Assembly (NCBI GenBank): GCA_050248615.1
Contig: JBFWSA010000007.1
Span: forward strand, 1-64,000
Direction: 5' to 3'
DNA: 64,000 nt
Source of the DNA: Simkaniaceae bacterium
Lineage (GTDB): Bacteria; Chlamydiota; Chlamydiia; Chlamydiales; Simkaniaceae
Made by a program: the position numbers and the translations under genes. This document shows positions 19,226-28,375 of this stretch, piece by piece. The notes under the pieces were generated by a model that was not told the DNA's origin, ran no database searches, and saw only the letters and a list, made by a program, of their open reading frames with translations. The number at the start of each line of letters is the position of its first letter. The stretch's first letter is position 1.

Positions 19226-20374
19226 TTGAACAAAATCAAAAGCACATCATTTTCAACAGGGCTTGCCATGTTCTCCATGTTCTTTGGAGCGGGGAACATT
19301 ACGTTTCCCTTAATTATTGGTCAAACTGTTGAGGGGGGGCTTTTATGGGCGCTCCTTGGCCTTATCATTACAGCAGTTCTGATTCCTTTTTCTGGGCTGA
19401 TGTCAACCGTTCTATTTGAAGGGGATTATGAGAGCTTCTTTAAAAGGATTGGAAAGATTCCTGGAATGGGGATTATTGTTATCCTCATCTGCCTGATTGG
19501 CCCTTTTGGAGGGATTCCTAGGTGTATTACGTTAACCTACTCCACGCTAAATGTGTATTTTTCGGGGATGCATTTACTGACATTCAGTGTGATGAGCTGT
19601 TTATTGATTTTTTTATGTTCCTGGAAAAGGCATCGGATCTTAGATCTAATAGGGTATGTTTTATCCCCTTTGTTGATCTTGTTTTTGCTCTCTATCATTG
19701 TTAAAGGGGTCTTTTTCTCTTCTTCTGATCCTATGGGTGTCTCTCATGTTGTGCATCCTTTTCTCTATGGGTTGCAAGAGGGATACAATACAATGGATCT
19801 ACTAGCTTCCTTTTTCTTTTCTTCTCTAGTCTATCAACGCCTTAAATCACAGGAAAAAGGGGGGAGTCGATCTCTGTTTCTTCCGATTTTCAAAGCGAGC
19901 TTGATTGGCGCTGCTTTATTAAGTCTTATCTATGTGGGTTTTAGTTATGTAGCTGCCCACCATGCCCAGGCTTTACTAGGAACGCCCATGGATCAGTTAC
20001 TGGGGAAAATCGGACAGATTGTCTTGGGTCATCATGCAGGAATGGTTGTCTGTATGTCGATTGCGCTCACTTGTTTAACAACGGCTATTGCACTCACAGT
20101 CATTTGTGCTGAGTTTTTACAGAAAAGGATTTGTAAAATGCGCTTGAGATATGAATGGGCGCTTGCCATTATCCTACTGATTACGATAGGGATCTCGTCA
20201 CTGGAATTTACGGGAATTGTCCGTTTGCTGCTCCCTGTATTGCAAGTCATTTATCCTGCGCTACTTATCTTAAGTCTTTTCAACATTTTCCATAAAATGT
20301 TTGATTATAAACCGATTAAGTTTCCTGTTTTTACAACAGCATCGCTCGTGTTCATCTATCAACACATTGCATAA
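19226..20374 (+). CDS. brnQ: Branched-chain amino acid carrier (LIVCS family), copy 1, TTG start
   Basis: GLAMFSMFFGAGN, GPFGGIPR, EGYNTMDLLAS, LTCLTTAI. Confidence 0.93.
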   Translation: MNKIKSTSFSTGLAMFSMFFGAGNITFPLIIGQTVEGGLLWALLGLIITAVLIPFSGLMSTVLFEGDYESFFKRIGKIPGMGIIVILICLIGPFGGIPRCITLTYSTLNVYFSGMHLLTFSVMSCLLIFLCSWKRHRILDLIGYVLSPLLILFLLSIIVKGVFFSSSDPMGVSHVVHPFLYGLQEGYNTMDLLASFFFSSLVYQRLKSQEKGGSRSLFLPIFKASLIGAALLSLIYVGFSYVAAHHAQALLGTPMDQLLGKIGQIVLGHHAGMVVCMSIALTCLTTAIALTVICAEFLQKRICKMRLRYEWALAIILLITIGISSLEFTGIVRLLLPVLQVIYPALLILSLFNIFHKMFDYKPIKFPVFTTASLVFIYQHIA

Positions 20375-20422
20375 TATCCAGGAAATTCGGTATGCTATTA
20401 AAAAATATGGCAACAGTTTGTT

Positions 20423-21577
20423 TTGTTTAAGATCAAGAGTACAACACTTTCAACGGGGCTCGCGATGTTTTCCATGTTCTTTGGGGCGGGAAACATCACA
20501 TTTCCATTAATCATTGGGCAGGTCGTAGAAGGTGGCCTTTTATGGGCTCTTATAGGATTGATTATTACTGCGGTATTAGTCCCTTTTTCGGGTTTATTTG
20601 CGATTACCCTTTTTAAGGGAAGTTATGAAACTTTCTTTAATCGCATTGGAAAAACGCCTGGCCTTGTTGTTGCTGTCATTTTGCTGGCCATATTAGGCCC
20701 TTTTGGAGCCGTTCCTCGCTGTGTGACTTTGACGTATTCAACGCTTAACCTCTATTTTACCGATTTGCATCTCTTATCGTTTAGCGCAGTTAGTTGTGCC
20801 TTGATTTTCTTTTGCTCCTGGAAAAAAAGTCGCATTGTCGACTTAATGGGTTACATTCTTTCTCCTTTGCTTGTCCTTTTCTTATTTGTAATCATTATTA
20901 AGGGATCTATTTTTTCTGCTTCCATTCCTTTGGGAGAGTCTCATGTCACGCACCCCTTCCTCTATGGGCTTAAAGAGGGGTATAATACAATGGATCTTCT
21001 GGCAGCCTTTTTCTTTTCCTCTCTTATTTATCACCGGTTAAAACAGCAAAGTCGCCAGGAGCATGAACATAAAGACTTGCTTCTACCGGTGTTAAAAGCG
21101 AGTATTATTGGCGCTTCATTGCTAGGAATCATTTATATAGGATTTAGCTATGTGGCTGCCCATCAAAGTGAAGCCCTCCAAAACACCCCGATTGATCAAC
21201 TACTTGGTAGGGTAGGAGCCCTTGTGTTAGGGCATCATGCAGGATTGATTGTGAGTTTCTCGATTGCTTTAACCTGTTTAACAACAGCGATTGCACTCAC
21301 GGTGATTTCTGCAGAATTTCTGCAGAAACGCCTCTCAAATGGGCGTCTTTCCTATGAATGGTCTTTAGCGTTTATATTGATTACAACCGTTGCGGTATCC
21401 GCTCTTAAGTTTCAAGGGATTGTAGAGCTCCTCTCTCCAGTTCTTCAAGTGCTTTACCCCGCTTTACTGGTTCTTTGCCTATGCAATATCATGCATAAGC
21501 TTTTCCATTTTAAGCCCATTAAAGTTCCCGTCTATTTCATGTTTGTCTTAATGCTCTATATTCAGTATTTTTCCTAA
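20423..21577 (+). CDS. brnQ: Branched-chain amino acid carrier (LIVCS family), tandem copy 2, TTG start
   Basis: Same motifs as copy 1; full-length colinear paralog. Confidence 0.92.
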   Translation: MFKIKSTTLSTGLAMFSMFFGAGNITFPLIIGQVVEGGLLWALIGLIITAVLVPFSGLFAITLFKGSYETFFNRIGKTPGLVVAVILLAILGPFGAVPRCVTLTYSTLNLYFTDLHLLSFSAVSCALIFFCSWKKSRIVDLMGYILSPLLVLFLFVIIIKGSIFSASIPLGESHVTHPFLYGLKEGYNTMDLLAAFFFSSLIYHRLKQQSRQEHEHKDLLLPVLKASIIGASLLGIIYIGFSYVAAHQSEALQNTPIDQLLGRVGALVLGHHAGLIVSFSIALTCLTTAIALTVISAEFLQKRLSNGRLSYEWSLAFILITTVAVSALKFQGIVELLSPVLQVLYPALLVLCLCNIMHKLFHFKPIKVPVYFMFVLMLYIQYFS

Positions 21578-21822
21578 TTACTTTTAGCTTAACGTTTTAA
21601 TTATAGATAAGCTTTTTATAGTTAATATTTCATTATCAAAAAGATATGAGTTTGATCTTTTTTTAGGTTTCTTATTTTTAAGCTTATAATTTATCAAAAT
21701 GGATAAAAAATTATCCTTGTGCAATTAATTTTTAGCTTATAAATTAAAGATGAGGGCGGCGAATCGAAAGGGAAGTCTAAAAAGATACCGAACTCTTTTC
21801 AGTATAAAATCTGGAGGCATTC

Positions 21823-22455
21823 ATGACGAAAGAACTGGGATTGAACCCTTGGCTTAGCATTTGGGTCAAACCGCGTAAAACAATCCGAGCATTAGTGGAT
21901 TATGATGTTAATCACCGCTTGGTTGTTCTGTGTGCGATTTACGGTTTTCAGTACATGCTACAGGTCGCCCAATTTTTCTCTATGGGAAGTGCCACGTCTC
22001 TTTGGTTTACTCTTCTTGTGGCTATTGTTTTAGCGATTCCCGTGGGTTATATCGGTTTTAACATCGGGGCGTTTTTCTTGCATCTCTTGGGGAAATTGAT
22101 CAAGGGAAAGGGGACCTTTAAACAAGTGCGGGCAGCAACGTACTGGTCTAGTGTTCCGATGGTGGTAACTATAGTTATCTGGATTGTCTTGATGGTCGCT
22201 CATGGAAACAATTTATTCGTGGCAGGCTATGAAAGGGGGCTTACAGGAACAGCTTTGACGGTCAATATCGTAGCTGCATTTATCCAATGCGCTTTGGCCG
22301 TATGGAATATTATTATCTTTTTACATGCATTGGGAGAAGTGCAAGGGTTTTCAGCATGGATGGCTTTATTAAATACCTTCTTAGCAGCGCTAACCCTATT
22401 TATTCTTCTATTTCTCGTGGGATGGGGTGTGTCTGCACTGACACATATTGCTTAA
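21823..22455 (+). CDS. Yip1-domain membrane protein
   Basis: LSIWVKPRKT, GKGTFKQVRAA, five TM helices, EVQGFSAW; GGAGG RBS. Confidence 0.8.
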   Translation: MTKELGLNPWLSIWVKPRKTIRALVDYDVNHRLVVLCAIYGFQYMLQVAQFFSMGSATSLWFTLLVAIVLAIPVGYIGFNIGAFFLHLLGKLIKGKGTFKQVRAATYWSSVPMVVTIVIWIVLMVAHGNNLFVAGYERGLTGTALTVNIVAAFIQCALAVWNIIIFLHALGEVQGFSAWMALLNTFLAALTLFILLFLVGWGVSALTHIA

Positions 22456-22485
22456 AGAAAACAACATAGAATATTAGGGGGAAAT

Positions 22486-23091
22486 ATGTTCAGTTTTTTC
22501 AAAAAAGGACTTAAAAACCAGGTCCTTGGAGCCTTAGGAACGCTTATATTATCGACGGGAGCTCCCAGTTTCATGGGAGGGGCGCCGGTAAAAATGGCGG
22601 TTCAGTCTAAAAGTGCTCAAATCGATACCTTAAACTCCTGGAAGAAATTCCATTCTGTTCATGGAAAATGCATGGTCTCTCTCCCAGAATCTCCTGAGCA
22701 TGTAAAACAAATTATGCCTTTCCCCGAAGAAGGTTATAACCTGCGCTATGATGTTTATGTTTCGGCTCATGAGAAAAAGGCTGTGTATATGATGCTGATT
22801 GCTCAGTATCCACCTTTTATTAACGAATCACATGCCGAAATGAGTTTAGAAAGCTTTCTCAATGGCTTAGTGACTCAAAATCATGATAACAACCTGATAT
22901 TTGCCGATTTAACGGAAGTTCAAGGGCATAAAGCGCTCGATTTCTTTATCGAATCCAAAGGGGTTTACTTTAAGGGACGCGCAATCATGGCTGAGAACAA
23001 CCTCTACCTTCTTGCAATGGAATGTGAGGTCAATAACTACTTGGAAAACAACTTCAATCACTTTATTAACTCTTTTGAATTGATCAAATAA
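22486..23091 (+). CDS. Exported hypothetical protein, possible PsbP/DcrB-like fold
   Basis: N-terminal hydrophobic segment; similarity to 59689-60351. Confidence 0.7.
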   Translation: MFSFFKKGLKNQVLGALGTLILSTGAPSFMGGAPVKMAVQSKSAQIDTLNSWKKFHSVHGKCMVSLPESPEHVKQIMPFPEEGYNLRYDVYVSAHEKKAVYMMLIAQYPPFINESHAEMSLESFLNGLVTQNHDNNLIFADLTEVQGHKALDFFIESKGVYFKGRAIMAENNLYLLAMECEVNNYLENNFNHFINSFELIK

Positions 23092-23573
23092 TGGATGGAA
23101 TTGTAGAGCTTGCTTTCTTTACCTTGATTCAACTCTTGGTAACCTGGGTAATGGCTGGGATGATGTGGTTTGCTCAAGTGGTACACTACCCCCTCTATAA
23201 GAAAATCAAAGAGGGGTTTGTGGAATACGAGCGTTCCCATATCAAACGGGCAGCGTTATTGATCGGACCTCTTATGTTAGTCGAAGCGATCACAGCCATT
23301 ATTCTCCTCGGAATGACACCTTCAGGGCGTCTCTCCAGTCTAGCCCTAGCCAATTTGATCCTTTTAGCGTTGATTTGGATCTTCACGTTTTTATTTCAGG
23401 TGACTCAACACCAAAAACTTAGTGTTCAGTTCTCTCAAAAGAGTCTCCAAGGCTTAATCACCTCTAACTGGATCCGTACCTTACTTTGGACGGTTAAGGG
23501 ATGTGTGATGGCTACTATGACCTACTATCTATTTCAAGTAGAAACCCTAGGAAAAAAGTTCTTCAATCTCTAA
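23091..23573 (+). CDS. Conserved 4-TM membrane protein
   Basis: QVVHYP, PLMLVE, NWIRTLLW; TAATG coupling with the upstream gene. Confidence 0.8.
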   Translation: MDGIVELAFFTLIQLLVTWVMAGMMWFAQVVHYPLYKKIKEGFVEYERSHIKRAALLIGPLMLVEAITAIILLGMTPSGRLSSLALANLILLALIWIFTFLFQVTQHQKLSVQFSQKSLQGLITSNWIRTLLWTVKGCVMATMTYYLFQVETLGKKFFNL

Positions 23574-23580
23574 CACCATC

Positions 23581-25248
23581 GTGATATGGATAGGAGCAAG
23601 GGGTTTTGCTGCTATGCATAGTTCATCTTTACCAGATGTTAAAAATGTTAATGTGAATCACAGAGATTCTTGGCAAGGAGCGATTTCACGCCATTTTCGT
23701 GCAACGTTTAAGCAAAGCTCTTTCAAGAACCTATTACTATCGCTGATTACTTGCGGGGTCTATCCCTATAAGAAATACAAAAAGGCGAAACGGGCGATTG
23801 TTCAAGCATTAGCTGCTCGTAAACTTTTCTTTTTTAAAGCATTGCAAGATCGTATAGAAGAAATTCGCAAAGAACAAAGCCATAACGACCCCCGCCAGTC
23901 TCTCAATAACATTTTCATGAAGCTTCAGTCTGAAAAAGTGACTAAGGATGAGAATGCTCTTGAGTTCAAAGCCATCTATTATCCCAATGAACTCATGCTT
24001 TTCATCACCAATCCCGTTCGCGATCGGAAGAGTATTCGTCTGCATAGGTTAAAATCGCGCAGGCATTTGGATTACATTAGAATGTGGCATGAGCTCAAGA
24101 AAAAGGCGCGTATTAATCAGTACCGTCAAATCCAGAATATTAATTTTTGCAGTAAAGCGCTCAAACAAGATCAGTGCTTGACCCCAGAGGGGATTCATGA
24201 TCGCTTGAGTCGCTCTTCTGTTTGCCGGAAGAGCCCCTGTCTCCTTACGAAATTTAAAGAGCTAGGAAAAGCTTTCCAAGAGATCGTTATTGCCTATCAA
24301 GATTTTGAGGAATTAAGTGAGCGTAACCCGAAACTTCACCATCTCATAGAAACGCTAGCAAAAACTTCAAAAAAAGATATCGAAATTCTGCAGACGTATT
24401 TAGCTAGCCGCTACCTCCCTCGCGATTTGCCTCTTGAAAACCGGCGCCAACTCATTCAACTGGCTAATCATCAAGATGTTCTCTATCATATGAGTGATGA
24501 AGAACAATTTGAGCTTTGCGCATTATTATTAAATCAGTACCAGTGGGATTTCCTCCTTTCCATTCAAGAGGTTTCAGAAGTGACTCTCGGCCTTCTCGAC
24601 TGGGCGTTTGAGGAATCCACAACAACCATGCAAAAAGAGCGTTCGTTTGTGGAGAAAATTTCTAAAAATAGTCAAAACAAGGTGGTGGGTGACTTTGAAA
24701 ACTTCCCCAATATCAATGACAAGATTTCTCAAGAACCCTCCCTCAATTTAATGACACTCGATTTTGCAAAAGAGCTCAATAGGGAGTGGCCTTCTCTCCA
24801 TCTCTATGAAAATGAAAAACTCTCTTTCCATCTCCCTAGAACCGAGTCCTTTTCTATTGAGAAGTTGATAGAAGTCTATAAAGCAGCCCAAAAACTCTGT
24901 GATCAAGATGAATCCCTTTTCCTCCTCATTCAAGAAGCATTATCGCAAGAAGGGAAGCGGGCCTTTCAAGCTGCGATTGAAGAGGGGGTCCTCAAGCTTT
25001 TAGGAGAGAAGTCGGAGTATTTCCTCCCCATTCTTTCAAACTCAGATATCACCATTATCAAAACGAACGAAAGCACTCTAGAAGTGCGTTACACCTTTGA
25101 ACAGTTAATTACAAAGAAAGGGGAGATTCAGCACCCCTTTGAAAAAGAAAAGTATATGATTATCTCTCAGCCGCTCATTTTAAAAGAGGGGAGATGGACC
25201 TCTCCTGAAGCTCAAATGCAAATTGCCGTTAAAAAGAGGACTCCATGA
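23581..25248 (+). CDS. Hypothetical protein (555 aa; possible start at ATG 23614)
   Basis: Long ORF; N-terminal domain shared with 18348-18971. Confidence 0.8.
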   Translation: MIWIGARGFAAMHSSSLPDVKNVNVNHRDSWQGAISRHFRATFKQSSFKNLLLSLITCGVYPYKKYKKAKRAIVQALAARKLFFFKALQDRIEEIRKEQSHNDPRQSLNNIFMKLQSEKVTKDENALEFKAIYYPNELMLFITNPVRDRKSIRLHRLKSRRHLDYIRMWHELKKKARINQYRQIQNINFCSKALKQDQCLTPEGIHDRLSRSSVCRKSPCLLTKFKELGKAFQEIVIAYQDFEELSERNPKLHHLIETLAKTSKKDIEILQTYLASRYLPRDLPLENRRQLIQLANHQDVLYHMSDEEQFELCALLLNQYQWDFLLSIQEVSEVTLGLLDWAFEESTTTMQKERSFVEKISKNSQNKVVGDFENFPNINDKISQEPSLNLMTLDFAKELNREWPSLHLYENEKLSFHLPRTESFSIEKLIEVYKAAQKLCDQDESLFLLIQEALSQEGKRAFQAAIEEGVLKLLGEKSEYFLPILSNSDITIIKTNESTLEVRYTFEQLITKKGEIQHPFEKEKYMIISQPLILKEGRWTSPEAQMQIAVKKRTP

Positions 25249-26549
25249 GAAAAGTTGTCAGAGGGGTCATCCCTCCTCTTATCAGTCTTGTCATTGTGAT
25301 GCTGGGAAATGGCTTTTTCAATACCTTCACCTCTTTGAGAATCTCTATTGATGGGTATGCAAGCTGGGTCATTGGTATTTTGAATGCCTCTTATTATGCG
25401 GGTGTAATGATCGGGTCGATTTATGTCGAAAAACTTCTGGACCGGATTGGGCATATTCGTACCTTTGCCATTTTTGCTTCGATCAATTCCTTTGTGATTG
25501 TTGTCCAGTCGATCTTGATAGGGCCGATTAGTTGGACCTTTTTTCGTCTTTTAAGTGGGCTTTGTGCTTCAGGCTTTTTCATTGTAATTGAGAGCTGGCT
25601 CCTCCTCTCTACAGGAGTAAAAAATCGGGGACGTCTATTATCTCTTTATATGTTAACTCTTTATCTAGCCCAAGGGTTTGGGCAGTTCATGTTGAACGTA
25701 TCCCCCTTAACCAGCCTCTTACCCTTTGCGATGACTGTGATTTTAAGTTCGTTATCAGTTATTCCCGTTTGTATGATGAAAAGTAGTGGCCCGATCATGT
25801 TGGAATCTACCATCACGAACATTTTTCAAATTATAAAAAAAGCTCCTTTAGGACCGATTGGATGCTTTGTTTCGGGGATGATCATGAGCTCTTTTTATGG
25901 ATTGGCACCGATCTTTGGAAGGGAAATTGGGTTATCTGTCTTTCAGATTTCGCAAATTATGGGTTTGACCATTTTAGGGGGACTGGCTCTTCAATGGCCC
26001 ATTGGGCACCTTTCCGATATTTTTGATCGCCGTAAGGTGTTAATAGGGGTTTGTTTAGTCTTGATGGCTTTAACCTTTATCTTATTTCATAGTCACCACT
26101 TTCCCTACTATGTCTTATTGGGGTTAATGGTTCTTTTTGGAGGGATTTCTTTTACCCTTTATCCCCTTAGTATCACCTATACCTGTGACTACTTTTCGGA
26201 TAAAAACATCATTGGGATCACCTGTGCCCTTTTAGTCATTTACGGGGTGGGGTGTATTGTTGGCCCCCTCATTTCCCCCATTTTTATGGCTATCTTTAAG
26301 GCCAGTGGCTTATTTTTATATATGAGCTTACTTTGCGGTATCTATATCCTGATCGGGATGTGGCGTGTCTTACACGCTAAACCCCTTCCTGAAGATGAGC
26401 AGAGCGACTATTTGCCATTGCCACGGGCCACTTCCTTGGCCTTTTATCTAGACCCTCGTAGCGATATTGAAGAGGATGAGCTGGAAGAGGATGAGGAGGA
26501 TCGTTATCCGTTTGGCGAGGAGTACGAAGACGAGGACGAAGAGGATTAA
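25245..26549 (+). CDS. MFS transporter (YcaD-like) with acidic tail
   Basis: 12 TM pattern, RIGHIRTF, IESWL, QWPIGHLSDIFDRR. Confidence 0.9.
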   Translation: MRKVVRGVIPPLISLVIVMLGNGFFNTFTSLRISIDGYASWVIGILNASYYAGVMIGSIYVEKLLDRIGHIRTFAIFASINSFVIVVQSILIGPISWTFFRLLSGLCASGFFIVIESWLLLSTGVKNRGRLLSLYMLTLYLAQGFGQFMLNVSPLTSLLPFAMTVILSSLSVIPVCMMKSSGPIMLESTITNIFQIIKKAPLGPIGCFVSGMIMSSFYGLAPIFGREIGLSVFQISQIMGLTILGGLALQWPIGHLSDIFDRRKVLIGVCLVLMALTFILFHSHHFPYYVLLGLMVLFGGISFTLYPLSITYTCDYFSDKNIIGITCALLVIYGVGCIVGPLISPIFMAIFKASGLFLYMSLLCGIYILIGMWRVLHAKPLPEDEQSDYLPLPRATSLAFYLDPRSDIEEDELEEDEEDRYPFGEEYEDEDEED

Positions 26550-27454
26550 AACTCTAAGCTGGCTTTGACACCCCCATAAGCGGCAGCATCAAAATGGAAG
26601 TAAATGGGCTTGGATCCATGGCGATTGCGGATCAGAATCCATCCCCCAAAGTTAGCTCCTCCAAAGACTCCTGCTGAGAAGTGCTTGGAATTAAAATAGA
26701 TCCCGAGGTCAAGACCATTCGCATGAACGGAGACCATTGACTCGGGGAGGTTCTCTTTTTTCCCCACGCGGTGAAAGGAGCGATACCACCCTCCAAAACT
26801 CCGGTAACTTAAAGCGGTGGACCAGTTCTTTGCAAAGAAGTAGTTTAGAGAAAAATCTAGGGGAAAAACGGCATTAATCTTCCACTGACGGTGAAAGTAC
26901 CAGTCAAATCCCAAGATGGGGAATAAATAGGTGCTTTTGACTCCTGTTTGTCCTACCACTCCGATATGAATCCCTAAAGGATCACTATAGGCTAGCCGTC
27001 CCCAGATCGTTCCTGTGTAGAAGGCATTCGATCCCATATTAAAATTGTCTAAGTTTGCATGGACCCCCAAATTGACAACCCAGCGCCACTGCTTCATGGC
27101 TGTTGTAATGTAGGCTATGGAGAAAATAGCGTCGTTGAAGTGATCTTGCTTAAAGGCAGGATTTTGGTCCCAATTGAGCCGCATATAGCTATAACCCAGC
27201 TCAAAGGAGAGGGCATGGTCTTCTGCGGGATAAGCATTGATAAAGATCGCTCCTGCCCCTTCGGCATAATGTAGATCTGATCCCCGGAATCCTCTTTTAT
27301 CGATACTGGCTCCAGCAACGGGAGTAAAAAAGCCATCCACATAAACGCGATCTCTCCGATGAATAAAACAATAATCGGTTGCTAAGGTATAATCCAAAGC
27401 GTGCGTTAAGATAGGAAAGATCAGTAAGATAAAAATAATCAGGAGCTTTTTCAT
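26546..27454 (-). CDS. Outer membrane beta-barrel protein
   Basis: Signal peptide MKKLLII…THA after GGAGG RBS; alternating aromatic strands; C-terminal Phe (ASLEF). Confidence 0.75.
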   Translation of the reverse strand: MKKLLIIFILLIFPILTHALDYTLATDYCFIHRRDRVYVDGFFTPVAGASIDKRGFRGSDLHYAEGAGAIFINAYPAEDHALSFELGYSYMRLNWDQNPAFKQDHFNDAIFSIAYITTAMKQWRWVVNLGVHANLDNFNMGSNAFYTGTIWGRLAYSDPLGIHIGVVGQTGVKSTYLFPILGFDWYFHRQWKINAVFPLDFSLNYFFAKNWSTALSYRSFGGWYRSFHRVGKKENLPESMVSVHANGLDLGIYFNSKHFSAGVFGGANFGGWILIRNRHGSKPIYFHFDAAAYGGVKASLEF

Positions 27455-27531
27455 TTCCCCCTCCATATTCCTCAGTATTCTCATTGGAGAAAATTTTTCA
27501 AGGAGTGATAGTTTTTTTTATTCTAATAGAT

Positions 27532-27694
27532 TATACTCAAACAACTTAAAAATTGGATTTTCGGCTGCGTCAAAGCACCGTAATTTGCCGATCTTAAATA
27601 ACCTCATATTTCTAATATTAGGTCATTTAAGATCGACGAATTCCGAAAGCTTTCGCGCTAGCCCAAAACTAACTTTTGAAGTTGTTTGAGTATA
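27532..27694. mobile_element. MITE family A, full copy 1 (159 bp plus TA flanks)
   Basis: TIR TACTCAAACAACTT(C)AAAA(G)TTRG; near-identical to 61742-61904 and to the inverted copy at 60748-60911. Confidence 0.93.
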
Positions 27695-27721
27695 AGTTTG
27701 TACCATTTCAAATGGGGATGC

Positions 27722-28375
27722 ATGTTTATGAGACGTCTCTTTTTTTTCTTGTTCCTATGCCTAATGGGAAAGGTCTATCCTAGTTACACCTTTATGCTAG
27801 AACCTTCTTGTTCCTTTTTATACACTTACGATAGAAATTCCGCTTTGGTTTCCGACATTTCTGTTACTATTGATCGATTTGCAATCGATTTTATTGGATC
27901 TCCTAGCGTTTATTTACCTCCAGAAATTCAAAAAGACACCTCCAGCTATTTTTATGAAAACCTTAATGGAGTCTTGACGAAAGGGGTAAAATCGGGAAAG
28001 GACCTCCATTTTTATTGTGGTGAAGAGCTTATCGGTAAAATCAAAAAAGACTCCTACACTTCTGATGGGGCAAAATTTGTGATCTACGATAGGGAAGAAA
28101 AGAGTGTGGCTTTAGCTTATTTGGACCGGTCTCTATGGCATCTGGTGATTGTGAAAAGTGAAGATAAAGACGCGGAAATCGCCTATCTTCATAAATATCA
28201 CCAAACATTCTTAAGGGGGATGGACCAATGGCACTATTATGGATGGAAAGTAGAGGTAAGAGAGGAAAAACACCTTGACCCTGCGTTGCTCTTCCTTTTT
28301 GCAGCCTATATTGGAGATACCTATTGGGGAGAACTCAGACGCCCTGTTGGACAACCTCACTGGGAGAAAGATTAA
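27722..28375 (+). CDS. Exported protein, LURP-one/scramblase (tubby C-terminal)-like
   Basis: Signal peptide; ELIGKIKK, FVIYD…VALA, terminal hydrophobic helix LDPALLFLFAAYIGD. The track's TTG start at 27686 lies inside the MITE. Confidence 0.6.
   Translation: MFMRRLFFFLFLCLMGKVYPSYTFMLEPSCSFLYTYDRNSALVSDISVTIDRFAIDFIGSPSVYLPPEIQKDTSSYFYENLNGVLTKGVKSGKDLHFYCGEELIGKIKKDSYTSDGAKFVIYDREEKSVALAYLDRSLWHLVIVKSEDKDAEIAYLHKYHQTFLRGMDQWHYYGWKVEVREEKHLDPALLFLFAAYIGDTYWGELRRPVGQPHWEKD

Noticed and set aside
21750..21800. Purine-rich patch upstream of the Yip1 gene as a possible riboswitch or ncRNA
   Set aside because: No convincing stems or recognisable consensus
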